64,000 bases of DNA, from assembly GCA_045106895.1 (NCBI GenBank), contig JBGCFM010000172.1, forward strand, positions 1 to 64,000, read 5' to 3'. Below the pieces are notes generated by a model that was given only the letters and a program-made list of their open reading frames with translations, was not told where the DNA came from and did no database searches. Every line of letters begins with the position of its first letter. Positions within the stretch are counted from its first letter, which is position 1. This DNA comes from Polyangiales bacterium (lineage in GTDB: Bacteria > Myxococcota_A > Polyangia > Polyangiales > Houyiibacteriaceae). A program made the position numbers and the translations under genes. Shown here piece after piece: positions 58,693 through 64,000 of this stretch.

Positions 58693-59808
58693 ATGACCTT
58701 TCACGTCTCCGCGCCCCCATCCTTATCCCGGCCGCCCCTTACCGGCGCAGACTGCGCTTTCTTCGCCGTAGAATATGAGCCTGCCACGGGCGAAGTTCTC
58801 ATGCTGGACCAGCGACGCTTGCCAGGAGAAGTGCTTTATCATCGACTCAAGACCCCTGATGAGGTCGCGGATGGAATCCGAGACATGGTGGTTCGCGGCG
58901 CGCCGGCCATCGGCATCAGCGCCGGCTACGCTCTCGCGATGGTCGCTCGTGCAGAAGAGGGCGACGCGGCGAGTTTCTTGATGGCCATCGGAGGTGCGAG
59001 TCGAGTCCTCGGCGCCACACGACCGACCGCCATCAACTTGGCCTGGGCCATCGCGCGTATCAGTCGGCGCGCGGCGGATGTTGCCCGGCTTGATCCGAAA
59101 ACGCGCGCGGCGGAGATCGAACGCGAGGCGGATCTGATTCACTCCGAAGACGTGGCCTCGTGCGAAAAAATGGGACAGGCGGGGGCCGTGGACGTTCCTG
59201 AGGGGGCGACGATTCTCACGCACTGCAACGCGGGAGCTTTGGCGACGGGCGGGTACGGAACAGCCCTCGGCGTTATTCGTGCCGCGCACGCAAAGCAAGT
59301 CGCCGCAGGCGGGAAGGGCGTTCGTGTACTTGCCGATGAGACACGTCCGTACCTTCAGGGCGCGCGACTTACGAGCTGGGAGCTTCATGCGGATGGTATT
59401 CCGGTAGAAGTGATCACCGACGGTATGCCGGGTCACTTCTTCCAGCGCGGCGAAATCGATTTCGTGGTGGTCGGCTCGGACCGAATCGCCGCGAACGGCG
59501 ATGTCGCGAATAAGATTGGAACCTACGGTCTCGCGGTGCTCGCGGAAGCCCACGACGTCCCATTTACTGTGGCGGCGCCTTGGAGCACCGTCGATATGGC
59601 GACGGCGACGGGCGAGGGAATCCCCATCGAAGAACGTTCCCGCGAAGAGGTCGCGACCATCGGGGAGCGAACTATGGTCGCTGAGGGGATCCCCTGTCGG
59701 CACCCTGCCTTCGATGTGACGCCAGCCCGTTTGGTGCGCGCGGTCTATACTGAACGCGGCACGTTTCGGCCCGCGCAGGGTGGAGTCCCGGCGGATCTGA
59801 ACTCGTGA
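58693..59808 (+). CDS. mtnA: S-methyl-5-thioribose-1-phosphate isomerase
   Basis: [48 protein letters not shown]. Confidence 0.93.
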   Translation: MTFHVSAPPSLSRPPLTGADCAFFAVEYEPATGEVLMLDQRRLPGEVLYHRLKTPDEVADGIRDMVVRGAPAIGISAGYALAMVARAEEGDAASFLMAIGGASRVLGATRPTAINLAWAIARISRRAADVARLDPKTRAAEIEREADLIHSEDVASCEKMGQAGAVDVPEGATILTHCNAGALATGGYGTALGVIRAAHAKQVAAGGKGVRVLADETRPYLQGARLTSWELHADGIPVEVITDGMPGHFFQRGEIDFVVVGSDRIAANGDVANKIGTYGLAVLAEAHDVPFTVAAPWSTVDMATATGEGIPIEERSREEVATIGERTMVAEGIPCRHPAFDVTPARLVRAVYTERGTFRPAQGGVPADLNS

Positions 59809-61082
59809 GGTGTGGGCTGCTTTTCTGTGTGGCGCTCTTAGCGGCATGCGAAGACGAACCCTCGGTCGAAGAAGCACCCACGCCAGCAGCGCCGTCTGTG
59901 GCCATCGCGCCTGAGGAACCGGCCACCGCGCCTGAGGAACCGGCCACCGTGGAGGCGGAACCGGGGGCGGAAGTCGAGTTGCCGATGCTCGCGCTAGACA
60001 CGCACGTCGACACACCACAGCGAATGCTTGACGACGGTGATGATCCCATCGAGCGACTTACCGGCGGCCACCTGGATATTCCACGGATGCGCGAAGGCGG
60101 CCTCACGGGCGCGTTCTTTAGCGTGTACGTTTCGCCACGAAAGTTCGAAGGGGAAGCCGCGTGGGAAAGGGCGCTGGCTCTCACGCGCGCCATTCGCGAG
60201 TTCACGGAGCGCCACCCCGACGAGACGATTCTGTGCCTGTCTGGAGACGACGTGCGTCGGGCACAACGCGAAGGAAAAATCGCTGTCCTCATGGGCGTTG
60301 AAGGCGCGCAAGCGCTGGGGACGGACCAGCCCCGACTTGCGCTCTCTCGAATTCGTGAGCTGTACGACCTTGGCAATCGCTACATGACGATCACTTGGTC
60401 GGTGGACAACCCACTCGGGCACTCCTCGCTGGGAGAGAACCCCGAAGGGGGTCTGACGCCTCTTGGTCGGCGCGCGGTTCGACTGATGAACAGGCTTGGG
60501 ATGATCGTCGACATCAGCCATGTCAGCGATCAGACGTTCTGGGACACCATGGACGTCGCGACGAAACCAGTGCTCGCGAGTCACTCATCGGCGCGTGCTC
60601 TAGCGGATATTCCCCGCAACATGAGTGACGCCATGATCCGCCGCGTTGGCGCTCAAGGCGGCGCGGTGTGTTTGAACTTCTTTACCCAGTTCATCGACCG
60701 TGAGTATCGACTACGCCGCCGCCGCCTCGAATGGCGAAACCGCGATGCCTTTGGTGCTCTAGGCGAGTTCGAGAGCTGGGTTGAGCGCGGTCGCGCTGAG
60801 TTTGCGTTGGCCCGGGAACTGGACGACGAACTGAATGCGCCGACTCTCGGAACGCTCGCCGACCACATTGAGCATGTTGTGGAAATTGCTGGCCACGGCG
60901 CGGCCTGCCTCGGCTCGGACTACGACGGCGTTCCTGAGCTTCCGGTGGGCATGGAGGATGTCAGCGACCTTCCTGCTCTGCGAAGTGTGTTGGAAGAAAG
61001 AGGGCTGCCCGTAGCGGAGGTTTTCGGTTTGAATGTACTGCGCGTCCTCGACGCAAATACGCCCGATCCAGCCGATGAATAG
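59805..61082 (+). CDS. Membrane dipeptidase (peptidase M19) lipoprotein
   Basis: Lipobox LAAC; DTHVD, GVEG, DISH, ASHS, GSDYDG. Confidence 0.9.
   Translation: MRCGLLFCVALLAACEDEPSVEEAPTPAAPSVAIAPEEPATAPEEPATVEAEPGAEVELPMLALDTHVDTPQRMLDDGDDPIERLTGGHLDIPRMREGGLTGAFFSVYVSPRKFEGEAAWERALALTRAIREFTERHPDETILCLSGDDVRRAQREGKIAVLMGVEGAQALGTDQPRLALSRIRELYDLGNRYMTITWSVDNPLGHSSLGENPEGGLTPLGRRAVRLMNRLGMIVDISHVSDQTFWDTMDVATKPVLASHSSARALADIPRNMSDAMIRRVGAQGGAVCLNFFTQFIDREYRLRRRRLEWRNRDAFGALGEFESWVERGRAEFALARELDDELNAPTLGTLADHIEHVVEIAGHGAACLGSDYDGVPELPVGMEDVSDLPALRSVLEERGLPVAEVFGLNVLRVLDANTPDPADE
59907..59948 (+). repeat. Perfect 21-bp tandem duplication (APEEPAT x2) in the lipoprotein linker
   Basis: GCGCCTGAGGAACCGGCCACC occurs twice in tandem. 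Confidence 0.9.
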
Positions 61083-61148
61083 GACAATTGCTCAGCACAG
61101 GAGACGCCGTCCGTGGCACAGTCCGAGCGTGGGGGATGCCCTGGGCTC

Positions 61149-62336
61149 ATGAGCGCAACGAAACCAATTGTCATAGGGCGTTCCCGCCAGAGTGATCTTC
61201 GCATCGATGATCCCACGGTGTCGTCGAGTCACGCGCGGCTCAGTTGGAGTGGCCTCGAAATCATCGTCGAGGACCTCGGGAGCGCAAACGGCACCTTTGT
61301 CGATGAGCGCCGGATCGAGAAGGTCTCGGTTCGCCCCGGTGCGACGATTCGCCTTGGCGAAGCAGAGTTGCCTTGGAGCGCGCCGGCGCTTCGAAAGTTC
61401 TTGCGCCAGGGCGCGACGGGCACGCTGGTCGCGAAGGCTATCCCCGGAAAACGTTTCGTCTGCGGGCAATGCAACACCCGGGGGGTCATGCCTCCCGGTT
61501 TTCAAGGGGGGCTCCTGCGGTGCGGCGCGTGCGGCGAAAAGCTCGTTGCCGGAAAGCCCAAGCCGAAGCGGTCATGGCTTGGGACCGCGGTGCTTCTCCT
61601 TCTTGTGTCCGGGGGCGTCGCGGCCTTCTGGTACGTCATGGAGACACGCGGGGATGAACTGCGAGAAGCCGCGGGCCGCTTGCGCATTCCGGAGATGCCA
61701 GGTCAGTCGTCGAGCACAGAAGAGGCGTCGATACGCGCTCACTCTCGGGCTGAGGTCGTCGCCGCCATCGACTCGCATGATCCGATCACCCGAAACTACG
61801 CCGCTCGGGTTGCTTCCGACACGGACGGCCCATTTAGCGTCGAGCAAGTTGCCCGCATCTGGAGTCACGTTCGCGGCAAATGGCGATACGTCAACGACCC
61901 ACGCGGCAGCGAGTATTTTGCGAGCGCCGCAGAGACCATCGAGAACGAGTTTATCGGTGACTGTGATGACTTCGCCATCGTCGTGGCGTCGATGGTGGAG
62001 GCCATCGGCGGCGAAGCGCGCATTGTTATGATGGGCAGCCTCGAGGGCGGGCACGCCTACCCTGAAGTGTGCCTGCCGATGGAGGCGGAAGAAGGAAGGA
62101 CTCGCCTGACTCGACATTACCAACGAGTTCGTGACCCGAACCTTGGGCGTCAGAGGGTCCGGGAGTTCAACTACCGACACGACGAGACCTGCCCAGTCTG
62201 GCTAAACCTGGATTGGAACGCTGGGGTTCCAGGGGGGCCCTACGAGAGCGAACAGTGGGCCGTGGCTATCTATCCGGATGGCCGAACGCAGACCCTCGCG
62301 CCGGCCGGCGCTCCCCCCGCTGCCCCCGCAGAGTAG
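61149..62336 (+). CDS. FHA-Zn-ribbon-TM-transglutaminase-like protein
   Basis: IGR..VSSSH..DLGSANGT; CGQC/CGAC; one TM helix; GDCDD...GHAY...NLD triad. Confidence 0.82.
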   Translation: MSATKPIVIGRSRQSDLRIDDPTVSSSHARLSWSGLEIIVEDLGSANGTFVDERRIEKVSVRPGATIRLGEAELPWSAPALRKFLRQGATGTLVAKAIPGKRFVCGQCNTRGVMPPGFQGGLLRCGACGEKLVAGKPKPKRSWLGTAVLLLLVSGGVAAFWYVMETRGDELREAAGRLRIPEMPGQSSSTEEASIRAHSRAEVVAAIDSHDPITRNYAARVASDTDGPFSVEQVARIWSHVRGKWRYVNDPRGSEYFASAAETIENEFIGDCDDFAIVVASMVEAIGGEARIVMMGSLEGGHAYPEVCLPMEAEEGRTRLTRHYQRVRDPNLGRQRVREFNYRHDETCPVWLNLDWNAGVPGGPYESEQWAVAIYPDGRTQTLAPAGAPPAAPAE

Positions 62337-62383
62337 CGAGGTTTTAGCTTTGCCTGGGCGAAGGGCCCCGGCATGATGCGCCC

Positions 62384-62845
62384 ATGGCACGCGACTTACT
62401 CGACCGCCTCTACGAAAGAATGGAAGAAGATGTGGACGGCCTGGCACGTCTGCCCGAAGGCCTGCGCGCCGTGGTGGATGCTCGCTACGATGAGGTCACC
62501 GTGAGCATCGACCACGACCCCGTCGCCGAGATGATCCGGGTCAGCGTCGCCGTCACCGCCCCTGCAGGTTCCGGTCGCTCGTTCTTGGTCTGGTGTCTCG
62601 CCGCGAACGCGATGTACTGGGACGTGAAGCTTGGACTCGATGGTGGAGGCCGGCTCCTCGTTCACTCCGACCTCGACGCACACCGAGGCCTGGATATCGA
62701 CGAGCTCTGCGCTTCGGTACTCGAGCGCGCAGACACCGTCGTGGACCTCCTCGACGATGACTTCGTCGAATGGATGCTGGAGCACCGCCTAGGAACTCCG
62801 TCACAACATGAGCGTTGGCTATCGCGTCCCACGGACGACGATTGA
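62384..62845 (+). CDS. YbjN/CesT-like (type III chaperone fold) protein
   Basis: 150-aa acidic protein with a CLAAN...KLGLD.GG.L pattern. Confidence 0.55.
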   Translation: MARDLLDRLYERMEEDVDGLARLPEGLRAVVDARYDEVTVSIDHDPVAEMIRVSVAVTAPAGSGRSFLVWCLAANAMYWDVKLGLDGGGRLLVHSDLDAHRGLDIDELCASVLERADTVVDLLDDDFVEWMLEHRLGTPSQHERWLSRPTDDD

Positions 62846-62861
62846 CGCGAGGGAGCAACCG

Positions 62862-63386
62862 ATGACGCATCGAATCGCTATGGTGTCCACGGGTGGGACG
62901 ATCGAAAAGACCTACGACGAGTTCGACGGGATGCTCGTCAACGCGCTGTCCAACCTCGACTTTATTCTGGCCCAGCTTGTCTTGACCGGCGTGGAGATCG
63001 TTCGTGTGCCGTTGATGAACAAAGACAGCACGGAGATGAGCGACGCGGACCATGAGCTGATCGCGAAGACTGTGGAGCTGTACACGGCGCAGCACGATGG
63101 AGTTGTCGTCGTTCATGGCACCGACCGACTCGCCGACACCGGCGAGCGCATCGAGCAGCGGCTCGGAGTGCCGCGGGTGCCGGTCGTCCTCACCGGCGCG
63201 ATGAGGCCGTTTCAGCTTCGGAATACAGATGCCATTCAAAACGTTACGGAGGCATTGCTGGCTGTACAGATCGCGCCGCCGGGCGTCTACGTCGCGATGC
63301 ACAATCGGCTGCTTCCGTTTCCTGGGGCGGTGAAAGACCGTCGAAATGGAACGTTTGTGATGGCTTCGGAGTTGGAACAGGCATGA
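62862..63386 (+). CDS. Short-chain L-asparaginase (N-terminal domain only)
   Basis: TGGTIEK, KDS, HGTD, VLTGAM; about 174 aa. Confidence 0.88.
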   Translation: MTHRIAMVSTGGTIEKTYDEFDGMLVNALSNLDFILAQLVLTGVEIVRVPLMNKDSTEMSDADHELIAKTVELYTAQHDGVVVVHGTDRLADTGERIEQRLGVPRVPVVLTGAMRPFQLRNTDAIQNVTEALLAVQIAPPGVYVAMHNRLLPFPGAVKDRRNGTFVMASELEQA

Positions 63387-63456
63387 ACGCCCTTACGCCA
63401 CCCGGTATTGCAGGGACCCAGATGAGCCTTAGGTTCCCCTGCATGGGTGGGCTTCA

Positions 63457-64000
63457 ATGAGCGATTTCAATTTCCGAGAATACGTCGAATCACGCGCCGA
63501 GGGACGAATTGGAGGGACCGAAGAGTCGCGCCGCTACGCCTACAAGGGCGACCTGGCGATGTTGCGGACGTTCAAGAAGCTTCGCTACGTGGAGCTCGTC
63601 GTCGCGGCGGTCGTACGCTCGCAGAAGTCCATCGTGACGCATGGGTTCATGGGTCGTTCGGTGCGTGTGTCACCGCGTCAGGTGCCGCGAATCTACAACA
63701 TCGCCAAAGACTGCGCCGAGCGCCTCGATGTTCCGGTGCCAACTATCTACATCGCGAACCACCCACAGATGAACGCCTACACGTTTGGGACGGATGAAGA
63801 CTCATTCATCGTCGTCCACTCGAAACTCGTGGACGACTTCAGCGATGACGAGCTTCGGTTCGTGATCGGCCATGAGATGGGGCACATCCAGAATAAGCAC
63901 GTCGTCTACGGGACAGCGCTGCAGCTGTTGAAATCGAACGCGACTCTGTTCTTGCGTTGGCTTGTGCCACCCGCGGAGGTCGCGCTCGCGACTTGGGCTC
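63457..64000 (+). CDS. M48-family Zn metalloprotease (runs off the window)
   Basis: Not in the ORF track. Manual translation gives MSDFNFREY...QVPRIY...MNAYTFG...ELRFVIGHEMGH (HExxH). Confidence 0.88.
   Translation, partial: MSDFNFREYVESRAEGRIGGTEESRRYAYKGDLAMLRTFKKLRYVELVVAAVVRSQKSIVTHGFMGRSVRVSPRQVPRIYNIAKDCAERLDVPVPTIYIANHPQMNAYTFGTDEDSFIVVHSKLVDDFSDDELRFVIGHEMGHIQNKHVVYGTALQLLKSNATLFLRWLVPPAEVALATWA

Noticed and set aside
59907..59948. 21-bp direct repeat as CRISPR or mobile-element trace
   Set aside because: Two adjacent in-frame copies with no spacer; a linker duplication.
1..64000. rRNA, tRNA, CRISPR array, transposase, integrase or prophage
   Set aside because: None recognised by eye and intergenic gaps are short; tRNAscan, Infernal and ISEScan were not run.

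Overview
GC-rich bacterial chromosomal window, densely coding (about 52 CDS). The gene content points to Myxococcota, probably a Polyangia/Sandaracinaceae-like organism (inference): a giant AgmK-like TPR protein, FHA- and STAND-fused sigma54 activators, Cys-rich lipoproteins and many lipoboxes. Housekeeping blocks are yceD-fabG-acpP-fabF-rpiB, HMG-CoA lyase, 2-oxoacid dehydrogenase E1alpha-lpdA-lipB, FadN/FadA beta-oxidation, an IMPase/HisN-like gene, trmL and mtnA. I saw no rRNA, tRNA, CRISPR array or mobile element. Main observations: (1) a signalling island at 48.5-55.8 kb, where a STAND-ATPase/TPR/sigma54-activator gene overlaps (ATGA) an acidic lipoprotein gene carrying three [DE]PQ[TP]N motifs, a layout reminiscent of RRNPP receptor-propeptide pairs (hypothesis only); (2) a recurring TANNNT -10 box 6-9 nt before start codons with no Shine-Dalgarno, suggesting widespread leaderless mRNAs; (3) a perfect 27-bp double FadR-type operator over a GntR start codon; (4) a correctly spaced sigma54 promoter before a Cys-rich lipoprotein; (5) a 46-aa very basic ORF with its own terminator. 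All functional calls come from motif reading, not database searches.
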